Virus record (IMG/VR): IMGVR_UViG_2651869698_000005
Location: 26,138 to 90,137 of that record
Source: a virus
Taxonomy: Duplodnaviria > Caudoviricetes
Length of the DNA stretch: 64,000 nt
Strand: one strand, 5' to 3'
The position numbers and the translations under genes are program-made. Of the stretch, positions 36,256 to 45,821 are shown one piece after another (the first letter of the stretch is position 1; each line of letters starts with the position of its first letter). The notes under the pieces were generated by a model, which saw only the letters and a program-made list of their open reading frames with translations, ran no database searches and was not told the DNA's origin.

Positions 36256-36593
36256 GTGATGCTGCCTTCTGCTGTGGGCGGGGTGAGGATGCGGGGCTGT
36301 TCGGGGTGCCATTGCGACTGCGACCAGTGGCCGGGGTAGCCGTCGTGGACGAGGGTCAGTGGTGCGTGGTAGTTCAGTAGCGCGATCCAGTTCGCTGCGC
36401 CCTCGCGGCCGTGGTTACGCCAGGGCTCAATGGCGCGGTTGGTGCGAGTCCACAGGCGGCCGTAGCGGTCTCGGACGATCGAACGCTCCCACGGCTCGGC
36501 ATGTTCGGCCTGCCAGGTGGTCACATGCTCGGGCATCTCAGTAGGGGGTGTGTCGCGGCCGGCAGCCTGATGCCACCAATCGTCGGCGCTCAT
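36252..36593 (-). CDS. Hypothetical protein
   Basis: Coupled ORF; Trp-rich. Confidence 0.6.
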   Translation of the reverse strand: MSADDWWHQAAGRDTPPTEMPEHVTTWQAEHAEPWERSIVRDRYGRLWTRTNRAIEPWRNHGREGAANWIALLNYHAPLTLVHDGYPGHWSQSQWHPEQPRILTPPTAEGSIT

Positions 36594-36793
36594 AGCGTGA
36601 CGGTCACTTCCGTGTCGGGGGCGAGGATGAGGTTCTGGGTGCCGCGGCCGGTGCGGGTGCCGATCACCACGTGCGAGGGCTTATGGTCGATCGAAAGCAC
36701 TGAGTACAGCCGCTTCTCATGCTTGATGGTGCAGCCGACCTGGCTGATCGAGAGCTGGGAGGCGCGGCGTACGGTGCCCGCGGTGGCGCTCAT
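36590..36793 (-). CDS. Hypothetical protein
   Basis: Coupled ORF. Confidence 0.55.
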   Translation of the reverse strand: MSATAGTVRRASQLSISQVGCTIKHEKRLYSVLSIDHKPSHVVIGTRTGRGTQNLILAPDTEVTVTL

Positions 36794-37182
36794 GCGGCGA
36801 CCAGCTGACGGCGGCCGGTACGGATACCGAGCGATGACCGCTTGGCGGAGATCGAGTCGTACGGGCGGCCGAGAAGGAACGACGCTTCGGCGTGCGTGAG
36901 GGTGACGTCGTTGATGGTGACGATCTCGGCGTCGGTCCAGACCTGGTAGGTCTCGGGCTGGCTGCGGCGCAACTCTTCTCGCTCGATCAGGTCGACGACG
37001 TCGGCCTGCTTGACGAACTTCATGCGGCCGGATCGGGGCAGCTTGTAGCTCGGGAGTGAGCCGTCCCTGACTCGTTTGGTGATGGTCAGGGTGCAGCAGT
37101 CAGCGAGGGCGGCGGCGCGGCCGTGCGACAGGTACGTCTCGCGGTTGTGGACGACGATGTCGGTGGGGAACAGCTCGCTCAT
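36790..37182 (-). CDS. HTH DNA-binding protein
   Basis: Excisionase-like HTH plus WTDAE...LGRPYDSISAKR. Confidence 0.65.
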   Translation of the reverse strand: MSELFPTDIVVHNRETYLSHGRAAALADCCTLTITKRVRDGSLPSYKLPRSGRMKFVKQADVVDLIEREELRRSQPETYQVWTDAEIVTINDVTLTHAEASFLLGRPYDSISAKRSSLGIRTGRRQLVAA

Positions 37183-37802
37183 GCGGCGACCTTCTCTGCG
37201 AGTTTGGCTGCGCGAGCGAGCTTTCGGACGCATCGGGTGCAGTTGCCGGCCGCCTCGTGGATGACGTGGCCGTCGATGGGGTTGGAGCGTCGGGTCATCG
37301 GCTCATGGCAGGTGATGCACTCGTCGGGGACGATGGTCCGCACCGACGGGTTGAGGGTGCCTCCTCGGCGCGCTTTGGTGTAGCAGCCGTGGCAGAGGAC
37401 GTTTGCGCGGGTGGGTGCGCGGTGAGCGGTGTTGGTGCCGAGGACGATTGGCTCGTCGTCGGGGACGAAGATGCGCTCGCAGTCGGTGCAGGCTCCGTCG
37501 TCGGCGATGTACGGCTCGGGTTCGATGCCGGGGTTGACGATCTGGTTGAGGCGGTAGTAGGTGTCGATGTCGCCTCGGCAGATCTCGCCGGCTGCGATGA
37601 CGCCGGATGCGACGCGGGTGCGGGTCTGGCCGGTCCCTGTGCCGGCTGCGAGGGCATCTCGGGCGCAGTCGAGGAATGCGGCTGCGGGACAGGCGTTTCG
37701 GCACTGCGCTTGGGCCCATCGGGTCGCTGGCAGGCGATCCCAGTTCGGGTCTTCTCCTGGTTGGAGCCAGGAGTTCGGGTTTGTTGTGCAGGGTGCGGTC
37801 AC
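37179..37802 (-). CDS. WhiB-like protein with extra Zn-finger motifs
   Basis: PC...AQCRNAC...C...GVIAAG, then CTDC, CHGC, CITC, CTRC. Confidence 0.65.
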   Translation of the reverse strand: MTAPCTTNPNSWLQPGEDPNWDRLPATRWAQAQCRNACPAAAFLDCARDALAAGTGTGQTRTRVASGVIAAGEICRGDIDTYYRLNQIVNPGIEPEPYIADDGACTDCERIFVPDDEPIVLGTNTAHRAPTRANVLCHGCYTKARRGGTLNPSVRTIVPDECITCHEPMTRRSNPIDGHVIHEAAGNCTRCVRKLARAAKLAEKVAA

Positions 37803-37851
37803 AGGGTTCGTGGGCCTTCTTGGCAGAGGGGCGGTTCCGGCTTGCAGAACG

Positions 37852-37880
37852 AGTATGCGTTACGCGTAACACCTCGTCAA
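37852..37880 (-). promoter_or_regulatory. Early promoter with perfect operator GTTACGCGTAAC
   Basis: TTGACG-17-CATACT; palindrome at 37859-37870 in the spacer. Confidence 0.75.
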
Positions 37881-38044
37881 GTCCGCGTTTGTTACTCGGT
37901 TTAACCCCTGCTCAGGGTTGCTGCGTGCGCGTAACAAAGTGGTGTGTTGCGTGCAAGAGTGTGACCTGCCTCTTGCACGCAACACTGCGGGCGTCCCGAA
38001 TGTACTGTCCTGCAATCTGTCCCGGTGTCGAGCCTGTCAGGCGG

Positions 38045-38317
38045 TCATCGGGGTACTTGTAGCCAGAAGTACGCGACGAGGCCGATGGCGAGCACGATGG
38101 CGGGCAGGATGCCTTCGGTGAAGGAGATGCCGCCCGTCTTGCGGTAGATCCAGCCGATGCCGATGGCGCGCCCTCGGATGCCGCCGGAGAGGAGCCAGCC
38201 GGTGTCATCGCGGGAGAACTTCACCCCGGTTCGGGTGTCCTGGTTGCGGTAGCGGAGCGCCCAGATGCCGGCGCGGTGTGCCCCGTACGCGGTGAACTTG
38301 CCGGTCTTGGTGCTCAT
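38045..38317 (-). CDS. Membrane protein
   Basis: C-terminal TM helix. Confidence 0.6.
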   Translation of the reverse strand: MSTKTGKFTAYGAHRAGIWALRYRNQDTRTGVKFSRDDTGWLLSGGIRGRAIGIGWIYRKTGGISFTEGILPAIVLAIGLVAYFWLQVPR

Positions 38318-38820
38318 CGACCGGCCGCCTTCTCCGATGCGATCTCGGCGTCGACCATCGCCAGGTGTAGCTCGGCTTCGCGTTTCGCCAACCGCAACCG
38401 GTTCTGCTCGGTCCTGAGAGCGCCTCTACGGGAGGGGCGTTGAGGTTCGATGCCGATCTGCTGGTTGAGTACGCGCGCGACGTTGAGGGCCTGCTCCTGG
38501 GTGTCGACGTAGCAGACTCGTTCGCCGTCGCTACCATTCTCGCCTGCGGTCCAGACCTCGAGTCGGGGCCGGCCGGGCTGCCATTCGTCGTGGGTGACGT
38601 TCGACTGGCGGATGTAGGCCTCGCCGGCCTGCAGAGGCGTCGGCTGACCGTCCACGTCGACCCGATCCTTGCGCCCGAACGAGTTCTGATCCCAGGTGCA
38701 AGCGGGGTCGGTGTAGACGAAGGGGTCCGGGGTGTCGCGGTTGACCCAGTCTCCACCGACGTAGACGGTGGGTCTCGGACTGGTGTCGAGGCGGGGGTTG
38801 ACGACGGCTACGACCTTCAC
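38314..38820 (-). CDS. Hypothetical protein
   Basis: Coupled ORF. Confidence 0.6.
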   Translation of the reverse strand: MKVVAVVNPRLDTSPRPTVYVGGDWVNRDTPDPFVYTDPACTWDQNSFGRKDRVDVDGQPTPLQAGEAYIRQSNVTHDEWQPGRPRLEVWTAGENGSDGERVCYVDTQEQALNVARVLNQQIGIEPQRPSRRGALRTEQNRLRLAKREAELHLAMVDAEIASEKAAGR

Positions 38821-39299
38821 GCGGCGTGCTTTCCCTCGGCGGGCTCCTCGGCCGGCACGGGCAGGGCGGTGAGCTCGCGGCGGACGAGGTCGTACGCGGA
38901 CTGCACCTCGGCGGCCAGGACGCTGCGCTCGGACGCCGACGAGAACGCATTGTGCGGCTCGAGGGCGTTCAGCCGATCAGAGAAGTGATTACGCAGCCGG
39001 GTCAGCGCCTCACGGGCGATCAGATGCGGGTCGACGTAGGACTGCGCGGTCTTCGGGTCGATGCCGAGATGGTCGAACAGTGCGTCCATGCTCTCGGTCA
39101 GGGCCGCCGACACGGCTTCGTTGATGGTGGGTGCCTTGGGGTCGAATGCCGGTTTCGGTGCGACGTACACCTCGGTCTTCGGGAGCTTCGAGATGATGAA
39201 CTCGTCGATGTACGACCGCTGCTTGAGCGTGTCGATCAGGGCTTCGTACTCGGCGTATGTGGCGTTGTTCGAGAGCTTGACGGTAATGAGGGTGGTCAT
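38817..39299 (-). CDS. Hypothetical protein
   Basis: Coupled ORF. Confidence 0.6.
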   Translation of the reverse strand: MTTLITVKLSNNATYAEYEALIDTLKQRSYIDEFIISKLPKTEVYVAPKPAFDPKAPTINEAVSAALTESMDALFDHLGIDPKTAQSYVDPHLIAREALTRLRNHFSDRLNALEPHNAFSSASERSVLAAEVQSAYDLVRRELTALPVPAEEPAEGKHAA

Positions 39300-39895
39300 G
39301 CAGCGAGATCCTTTTCGGTGTCAGTGCGGACGACGTCGCCACCGAAGTTCTCGACGGCGATCGTGATGTCAGGGAGGAGCGGGGTCAGGGCGTCGACGAT
39401 GGCGCGGAACAAGCTGTCCTTCGCCTTCTGACCGGCCGGCAGCTGGTCGTACGGCACCATGCACGGGTGCGTCTTCTCGAGCTCGTTCTTCTCGGGGCCG
39501 TAGATCCAGCCGTCGGCGAGCTTGAAGCGCAGCCAGTTCTCGTGCGACTGCGCGGGGGTCGGCTGGTTGACGACGGCGTGGCGGATGCCGTCGATGGCGG
39601 AGTCGGTCTGCCAGCGCGGGGCGTGGTTCCACTCGGGCGAGATGTTGTCTTCGCCGAGCGCGATCTGCAGTTGCCGGTTCGCCTGGTGGACGACGGAGGC
39701 GATGAAGTAGACGACGGCGGCGAGGACGGCCAGCGGCACCGAGATCGGCCAGATGACGCCGATCAGCGTGCCGAGGAACACGGCGAAGCCTCGGTCGGGG
39801 TCGTAGGGCGGGGTGTTGTCGAACCAGGCGGCGCAGCACCGGGCGGCGATCACCGCGACGACGGGGGCGACGACGAGGTAGAGCACGGCGATCAT
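39296..39895 (-). CDS. RyR-domain protein with N-terminal membrane segments
   Basis: SHENW..FKLADGWIYG..K....KTHPCMVPYDQLP..QKAKD. Confidence 0.8.
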   Translation of the reverse strand: MIAVLYLVVAPVVAVIAARCCAAWFDNTPPYDPDRGFAVFLGTLIGVIWPISVPLAVLAAVVYFIASVVHQANRQLQIALGEDNISPEWNHAPRWQTDSAIDGIRHAVVNQPTPAQSHENWLRFKLADGWIYGPEKNELEKTHPCMVPYDQLPAGQKAKDSLFRAIVDALTPLLPDITIAVENFGGDVVRTDTEKDLAA

Positions 39896-40101
39896 TCGGG
39901 CACCTGCGCGTGGATCTGGTGGCGGCGGATGAAGTCCTGCTTCGCCAGCTCAAGCATGGCGAGGCCGTCGTAGTACGGGATCAGCTGGTCGGCTGTACCT
40001 GCGATCAGAAACTTCGTCGCAACGGACGGTTGCGCGTCGACGTCGAGGCCGCCGGTGATGGTGATGACGTGCTCTTCGATGGCGAGGCTCGAGCCGCTCA
40101 T
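39892..40101 (-). CDS. Hypothetical protein
   Basis: Coupled ORF. Confidence 0.55.
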   Translation of the reverse strand: MSGSSLAIEEHVITITGGLDVDAQPSVATKFLIAGTADQLIPYYDGLAMLELAKQDFIRRHQIHAQVPE

Positions 40102-40391
40102 GTGGGCACCAGCTCGGGCGTCAGGTTGATCAGGCCGGAGTGGATCGTGCCGGCCACGGACTGCGGCCTGAGACGGCAGTGAGCGGACGTTTCGATCAGG
40201 CGGCGCTTCTCGGGTGACCGCCGCAGATCCCAGCCGGGAGCCCAGAACAGAGCCTCGATCGTGACACCGCGCATGGCGTTGTCGTCGACGATCACGAGGG
40301 CGTTGATCGGGACGTCGGGGGTTTCGGCGATGAACTTCTTACCCTCGGCGATGGTGCGGGCGATGACGACGGTGCGAGCGTTATGCGACAT
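40098..40391 (-). CDS. Hypothetical protein
   Basis: Coupled ORF. Confidence 0.55.
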   Translation of the reverse strand: MSHNARTVVIARTIAEGKKFIAETPDVPINALVIVDDNAMRGVTIEALFWAPGWDLRRSPEKRRLIETSAHCRLRPQSVAGTIHSGLINLTPELVPT

Positions 40392-40839
40392 GGAGCAGCT
40401 CCTGTGCAGGTTGGTCGAGTAGGACGTCGATGAGGTGGTCGGCGAGGGGTGCGGCGACGTAGGCGATGACCTCTTCGCGGGTGCGGTTCTCTGTCGATAG
40501 CCGCAGTGGCCGGTACCGCTTCGAGCCGTAGTGCAGCTGGGCGACGTAGACCCCGACGTGCACGGATTCGTGGATGATCATGTCCCGGTCGACGGTCTCG
40601 CGGTCGAACCACAACGTGCCGACGAAGCCGTCGACGAGTTCGTCAGGTTCGGCTTGGGAGAAGCACGCTCCGACGGTCTCGCCGGTGCCGGCTGGCTCGT
40701 CGAAGTGGGCGTCGTATGCGGCGTTGAACTCGTCGACGGTGTCGTAGACGCGGACGCGGACGTGGTGGTCTGCGACGGGTGGGTCGACGTCGGGGACGGT
40801 GATGTCCTGCGATTGGGCGATGGTCTCGGTGTAGGGCAT
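40381..40839 (-). CDS. Zincin-like (HExxH) protein
   Basis: IIHESVH...EEVIAY. Confidence 0.6.
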   Translation of the reverse strand: MPYTETIAQSQDITVPDVDPPVADHHVRVRVYDTVDEFNAAYDAHFDEPAGTGETVGACFSQAEPDELVDGFVGTLWFDRETVDRDMIIHESVHVGVYVAQLHYGSKRYRPLRLSTENRTREEVIAYVAAPLADHLIDVLLDQPAQELLHVA

Positions 40840-40878
40840 GTCAAGGCCCCTGGCGGGATTCGGCCGGGTCAAGGTTCA

Positions 40879-41481
40879 TCAGAACGAGCAGCCACTGTCG
40901 GTCGGCGAGCTGTACGACGTCGCCGCCATGGTGGCGACGATGTTCGGCGTCGGGTCGTAGCTCGACGGGGTGTAGCTCGATCGGCCGTAGGAGGCGGGGT
41001 TCGATGCCGGGCGGCGGGGCTTGACGGCAGGCTGCCGGGTTGCCGGCCGGGCGGTCGGCGGCACCGGCGGCGGGCCGGCGATGTTGTTCGGCTTGTAGGA
41101 GTCGGCGAGGCTACGGGCGCGCTGTTCGGCGGCGAGCCGGTTGTAGGAACCGAGGAGGGCGTTGAAGCCGTAGTCGTGCTCGCTGGCGGCCTTGCCGGTC
41201 TCGCCGCGGAAGCGGGCGGCGCGGTCCTGGTCGCGGACGGACTCCCATCCCTCGAGCGTCTTGGCGAACCGGTCGACGCTCTCGACGGCGGGGTTGACGG
41301 CGACGACAGCTTTCGGATCCTCACGCTCGGCATCACGGGCGAACAGCTTCGGGCCGAAGATCTCCTGCAGGGATGCCGGGCTGGCGGCGGGCTCGGGCTC
41401 AGCGGCCGGCAGGGGCACGTAGGTCTCGCGGGCAGGCTTCGATACCGGGCGGCGGCGGAAAAGGCGGGAGAGCAAGTTCAC
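40879..41481 (-). CDS. Hypothetical Pro/Ser-rich protein
   Basis: GAAGGA RBS; low-complexity C-terminus. Confidence 0.6.
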   Translation of the reverse strand: MNLLSRLFRRRPVSKPARETYVPLPAAEPEPAASPASLQEIFGPKLFARDAEREDPKAVVAVNPAVESVDRFAKTLEGWESVRDQDRAARFRGETGKAASEHDYGFNALLGSYNRLAAEQRARSLADSYKPNNIAGPPPVPPTARPATRQPAVKPRRPASNPASYGRSSYTPSSYDPTPNIVATMAATSYSSPTDSGCSF

Positions 41482-41499
41482 GGGGGTTCCTTCGGGGTG

Positions 41500-42750
41500 T
41501 CAGAGAACGGAGAGATCGGACCAGCGACGCGAGGTGTGCGACCCGACAAGCAGGCCCAACATCCCCGGCGGCGACCACACGCCGTACTGGTTGCGCATGT
41601 ACTCGGAGGACTTCTCGGCCTCGAGGGCAGGCATCCCGATCAGGGACCGTCCCTCGAACTCGTTCGAGTAGTGGTGGTGGTAGTGAGCGGTGAAGTACAG
41701 GGGGACGTCGATCAGCTCGTCGGTGCGGCCGAGGATCTGCCGTTCCATCGCCGATCGGGTGCGGGTCTCGCTCGAGGTACCGCGGCCCTTCTCGATGTAT
41801 CCGTGGGAGAAGTAGGCGTTGACACCGGACAGGTTGACGATGATCGCGGGGTCGGAGCCTTCGCCGATGGTCCAGTCGATGCGCGGGCCGCCGAACGGTG
41901 CCAGCTCGTCGAACAGCTTCTTGACCTGACGGGCGATGTGCGTCGAGGCGTTGTCGCCTTGGGTGGTGACGACGTCTTTCGAGCCGTTGCGGGTCCACTC
42001 GCCGTGGTTCGAGATCACCGAGGATGCGGACAGTGGCAGGCCGGCGACGGCGAGGGTGCGCAGCGTCCACACACGGAGGTCGTAGTCGAGCTCGAGCTGG
42101 CGGGACAGGTTCAGCTCGATCGTGTGCGGCTGGTTGCCGTAGTTATTGCAGACGCCTTCGGTCTCGTCGCCCATGAACGCGACGTGGATCCGCTCGGGGC
42201 CTCGGCCGGCGGCCTGCAGCTGCCGGATGGCGGCGAGGTGCCGGTTGACGCCGTTACGCCAGTTCTCGACGGCCTGCTCGGTGCCCTTCTTGCCGAGCTG
42301 CGGGTCGGCGACGAAGACGGTGTACGTGGCCGGGGCGGCGGCGAGCATCGTCGAGGCGGCAGGGGTGGCCGGCAGGTCAGCCATCAGGGCGTCACGCCAG
42401 GACTGGGTGACGGCCGGGGAGATGGCGTCGGCGGTCAGGCGGCGGAACTGTGCCGAGTACCGGTAGCTGTACAGGGTGACGGTGTCGCGGTCGCCGTTCT
42501 CGAGCCGCTTCGACTGCTGCCACGATGAGACGCGCTCGGAGACGGTGTCGTTGACGATCTCGAAGTGCTCGGGGCTCTTGCCGAACTTGGCGAAGATCTT
42601 CGACCAGTCGGTGTCGATCGGTTCATCGACCTCGACGTCCTTGAACACCAATCCGTCGGGGGTGGTGATGCATTCGTTGGCTGCCGGCTTCTGGCCGGGG
42701 CGTGTGGGGCGGTCCTCTTCGAGCGCGCCGAGGTCTGCTGCGATGCTCAT
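41500..42750 (-). CDS. Metallophosphoesterase/Mre11-like nuclease
   Basis: ADPQLGK, GDETEG, NHG, SHG, AHYHH. Confidence 0.75.
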   Translation of the reverse strand: MSIAADLGALEEDRPTRPGQKPAANECITTPDGLVFKDVEVDEPIDTDWSKIFAKFGKSPEHFEIVNDTVSERVSSWQQSKRLENGDRDTVTLYSYRYSAQFRRLTADAISPAVTQSWRDALMADLPATPAASTMLAAAPATYTVFVADPQLGKKGTEQAVENWRNGVNRHLAAIRQLQAAGRGPERIHVAFMGDETEGVCNNYGNQPHTIELNLSRQLELDYDLRVWTLRTLAVAGLPLSASSVISNHGEWTRNGSKDVVTTQGDNASTHIARQVKKLFDELAPFGGPRIDWTIGEGSDPAIIVNLSGVNAYFSHGYIEKGRGTSSETRTRSAMERQILGRTDELIDVPLYFTAHYHHHYSNEFEGRSLIGMPALEAEKSSEYMRNQYGVWSPPGMLGLLVGSHTSRRWSDLSVL

Positions 42751-43007
42751 GCGTCGACCAGCTCGCTGACGGCCGGGCAGTGGCAGTCACGTCGGGCGTG
42801 GATGTTCAGGGCGGACTGCGAGGCCTGGAAGGCGTGGCGCTCACGCAGGTACCGGTACAGGTTGATGCGTGGCTTGCCGGCCGCGAGGTAGTCGTTGACG
42901 GCGTCGCGGTCGGCGGGGTCGAGGTTGTCGATGTAGGTGCCGACGACGCACGGGCGTGCGCTGATGGTGGCGGGGATGTCGGCGGCGAGATCGGCGGCGA
43001 TGCTCAT
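42747..43007 (-). CDS. Small Zn-binding protein
   Basis: PCVVG...HARRDCHC. Confidence 0.65.
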   Translation of the reverse strand: MSIAADLAADIPATISARPCVVGTYIDNLDPADRDAVNDYLAAGKPRINLYRYLRERHAFQASQSALNIHARRDCHCPAVSELVDA

Positions 43008-43312
43008 TTGGTGATCACCACGCGGGCATCATCGGGGGCGGTGACGGTCAGCCGGGTCGAGTAGCCGCAGTCGGGGGACTGGGTGATGGTGATCGGCCAC
43101 TTCGGGAAGGCGTGGGTCTCGTCGGTCTGGGATGCGGAGATGGCCCAGCAGCCGGATTCGCGGTTGAGGTCGAGGTCGATCTGCAGTTGTCCTGCACGGG
43201 AGACGATGTGGAGCTGTGCGCCGTCGTAGGCGTCGTATTCGTCGGGGCGTCCGTCGACGATGACATAGGCGAGGTCATCGGATGCGCCCTCGAAGCTGAT
43301 CGGCTTGCTCAT
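43004..43312 (-). CDS. Hypothetical phage protein
   Basis: FEGASDDL N-terminal motif. Confidence 0.65.
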   Translation of the reverse strand: MSKPISFEGASDDLAYVIVDGRPDEYDAYDGAQLHIVSRAGQLQIDLDLNRESGCWAISASQTDETHAFPKWPITITQSPDCGYSTRLTVTAPDDARVVITK

Positions 43313-43414
43313 GGGTTGAGACGGTAGAGATTTCGGCTTGTTGGTTACCTTGTCTCGGGTATAGGGAAGACCCGAACCGGGTGTGGTTCGGGTCTTCTGG
43401 TGGTGCGTATCGGG

Positions 43415-43738
43415 TCAGTGGTTGACGGCTTCGACGGCGTTCTCGTAGGCCTCCTCGAAGGTGCTGTTTGCGCCGATGGCGATGAGGTCGGCAAAGCGAT
43501 CGAACAGAGCAACGGTCCAGAACTCGCCGTCGCGAGTGGGGGTGAGCGTGCCCTCAAAGCTGTTGTGCGCGCAGAGCTGGACTGCTTCGCCGTAGGACTC
43601 GTCGTGCGAGACGTCTGCGATCAGGAGGTACTTGTCGGGGCTGACGTGTTCGATTCGGCCATCGACTCCGCGGCAGTACTGGTCGAGGAACGCGAGCTCG
43701 GCCGCGTACGTTTCAGTGAGGGTGTCGGGGTAGTCCAT
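43415..43738 (-). CDS. Hypothetical acidic protein
   Basis: AAGGAG RBS; own upstream promoter. Confidence 0.65.
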   Translation of the reverse strand: MDYPDTLTETYAAELAFLDQYCRGVDGRIEHVSPDKYLLIADVSHDESYGEAVQLCAHNSFEGTLTPTRDGEFWTVALFDRFADLIAIGANSTFEEAYENAVEAVNH

Positions 43739-43770
43739 CGGGGGGCTCCTTGGCTTCGGCGTGTACCGAT

Positions 43771-43799
43771 AGATTACATACTCGGTATGTGTCGGTCAC
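43771..43799 (-). promoter_or_regulatory. Promoter with ACATAC-N3-GTATGT palindrome
   Basis: GTGACC-17-TAATCT. Confidence 0.6.
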
Positions 43800-43803
43800 C
43801 TAG

Positions 43804-44127
43804 TCAGGCTACGTCCGCCTGGTCCTCGTCGTACAGGAGGCGAAGGAGCGCGTCGACGGTGCCGTCGGAGAGCTCACGTCTCATGTACGCCTGGATGTCG
43901 GGTGCTGCGTCGAGGATGAGGGCGGCGAGCAGGTAATTAGGGATATTGGTGGAACTCGTCTGGCCGGTGGAGATGCGCCAGTTCTTGATGTATTCGGCCT
44001 GCGCGCGTTTGCAGGGTTCACAGGCTCCTTCGGGGCGTCGCCGGCAGCGCTGGAATGCGCCGGTGGTGGTGCCGTGGGGGATGCTGCTTTTCGGCCAGGT
44101 GACGGGGAGGTCGCTGATGGCAGTCAC
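43804..44127 (-). CDS. Zn-binding hypothetical protein
   Basis: HGT...C...CEPC. Confidence 0.6.
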   Translation of the reverse strand: MTAISDLPVTWPKSSIPHGTTTGAFQRCRRRPEGACEPCKRAQAEYIKNWRISTGQTSSTNIPNYLLAALILDAAPDIQAYMRRELSDGTVDALLRLLYDEDQADVA

Positions 44128-44245
44128 GACGAGTCCTTTCGGGTGGCGGGCGATCACTTTCGGGCGTAGCAGGTGTAGCTGCAGTACCACTGGCCGGCGA
44201 AGAGGTAGAGCGGGTCGGTGGGTTCGCTACAGCGGCAGCATCGAC

Positions 44246-44497
44246 TCACTCGATCACGGTCCAGTGGGGGACGGTGCGGGTGAGAAGCTCGCGGGTGAAG
44301 TCGTACCTGGCGAACTCCTCGGGGGTGACGACCTCACGGATCTGCTCCTCCCGCTTCTCGAGGTAGCGGATGAAGTTGTGGGCGTCGTCGAGGCTTTCGG
44401 CCGGCAGGACGCGCTCCCAGCGGCCGTTCTCGCCCTCCCAGTACCTGACGGCATACTCGGTGCGGGAGAGATCCTTACGAGGCAGGCTGTCGCTCAC
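44246..44497 (-). CDS. Hypothetical protein
   Basis: Coupled ORF. Confidence 0.55.
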   Translation of the reverse strand: MSDSLPRKDLSRTEYAVRYWEGENGRWERVLPAESLDDAHNFIRYLEKREEQIREVVTPEEFARYDFTRELLTRTVPHWTVIE

Positions 44498-44865
44498 CAG
44501 GGGCCTCCTGGCGGCCAGTTCTTAACCAGCTCTGCCAGGTGGGCATCGGGTTCTGTGTCACTGCGGGCCTCCTCGGCTTCGCAGTCCTCGCACGGTTCTT
44601 CGCCGGCAGGGTTGCACTCGACAGACAGGCTGGCGACGAACAGGCCGGTGCCGTAGCCGTAGATGTCGACGTGCGCCGAGGCGGCATGGTCGCCATCGAC
44701 GTAGGCGAGCTGCACGGGCAGGCCTCCGCCGCGGCCGGGCCGGGCGTCCTCGTCGAATCGGAGGCAGAAGTCGCCGGCTCCGATTTCGACGCCGTGGGCT
44801 TTCGCCTGCTCGGCGAGCTGCTCGAGGGTTTTGATCTGCTGGATGGTCAGTCGGCTATCGAGCAT
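44494..44865 (-). CDS. Hypothetical protein
   Basis: Coupled ORF. Confidence 0.55.
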   Translation of the reverse strand: MLDSRLTIQQIKTLEQLAEQAKAHGVEIGAGDFCLRFDEDARPGRGGGLPVQLAYVDGDHAASAHVDIYGYGTGLFVASLSVECNPAGEEPCEDCEAEEARSDTEPDAHLAELVKNWPPGGPW

Positions 44866-45217
44866 CGTCGACCACCTCGTCGACGATCTCGACGTCAACC
44901 GTGCCGGCCTTGAGGATGTTCTTCGCGGCCTCGACGGGGCATACCCATGCCCGGTCTCCGTCGGACGGGAAGTGACCGTGCGCCTGGCAGCCGCCGTCGT
45001 GATCGAACCAGCAATCGTCTGGGTCGACCAGATCGCGGAGCAGTGCAGCCGGCACGATGGTGTGTCCAGCCTGCGCTAGCCGGGATATCACATGAGCAGC
45101 GAGGGCATCACAATCTGTGTAGGGGTATCCGCCCTGGCCGTATTTGGTGAAATCGCCGCTCGACTCCTGGCTGTACAGCACCTCTGCGACGATCTCTTCG
45201 GGGTTCGGTGCGCTCAC
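44855..45217 (-). CDS. Hypothetical protein
   Basis: DPDDCWFDHDGGCQAHG...CP motif. Confidence 0.6.
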   Translation of the reverse strand: MSAPNPEEIVAEVLYSQESSGDFTKYGQGGYPYTDCDALAAHVISRLAQAGHTIVPAALLRDLVDPDDCWFDHDGGCQAHGHFPSDGDRAWVCPVEAAKNILKAGTVDVEIVDEVVDDAR

Positions 45218-45513
45218 AACACCACCCCCGAAGCAGGCGCAATGCGGCGGCATTCGTAGACGGAGAATCCCGCCGTCTCAGACTGGTTGAAGTGCGACTC
45301 AAGGGAGCGCGTGGCAGCCTCAAAGGTCGGATGCAACTCCCCGTCCCACAGCTCGCTTGTGCGTGCGGGTTGCGTTGCGAGCACGTAGTAGCCGACGATG
45401 GCAGACTTCTCTGCTGGCACATCAGACCTCAAGCGTTCAACTTCGGAACGCAACGAGGCCAATTCGTCACTCATCGCCCGATTCTCAAGCTCTAACTGAT
45501 TCTTGGTGCTCAC
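45214..45513 (-). CDS. Hypothetical protein
   Basis: N-terminal coiled coil. Confidence 0.55.
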   Translation of the reverse strand: MSTKNQLELENRAMSDELASLRSEVERLRSDVPAEKSAIVGYYVLATQPARTSELWDGELHPTFEAATRSLESHFNQSETAGFSVYECRRIAPASGVVL

Positions 45514-45821
45514 GCGCTGACGCTCCGTTCGATGCTGCGGATGTGGCCCGTCCAGCTGTACCCGAACCAGCCGCAGGAGCAGTGGCGGTGCGGGCTTGAG
45601 CGCCAGAACATGATCGAGCGGCGGGGCTTGTGGTTGTGCATCAGATGAGGTTCCAATCGGTGCCGGCGGCGACGAGTGCGCCGAGGAGCATAATGACGAA
45701 GAGGAGGCGGGTTCTCATGCGGGACATCACGATTCGGTCACCGCCACGAAGAGTCCGAGGCTGCCGCCGACGACGAGGGCGAGGACGGCGAAGCTGGCTG
45801 CGGTTTCGAGTGCTGCGGACA

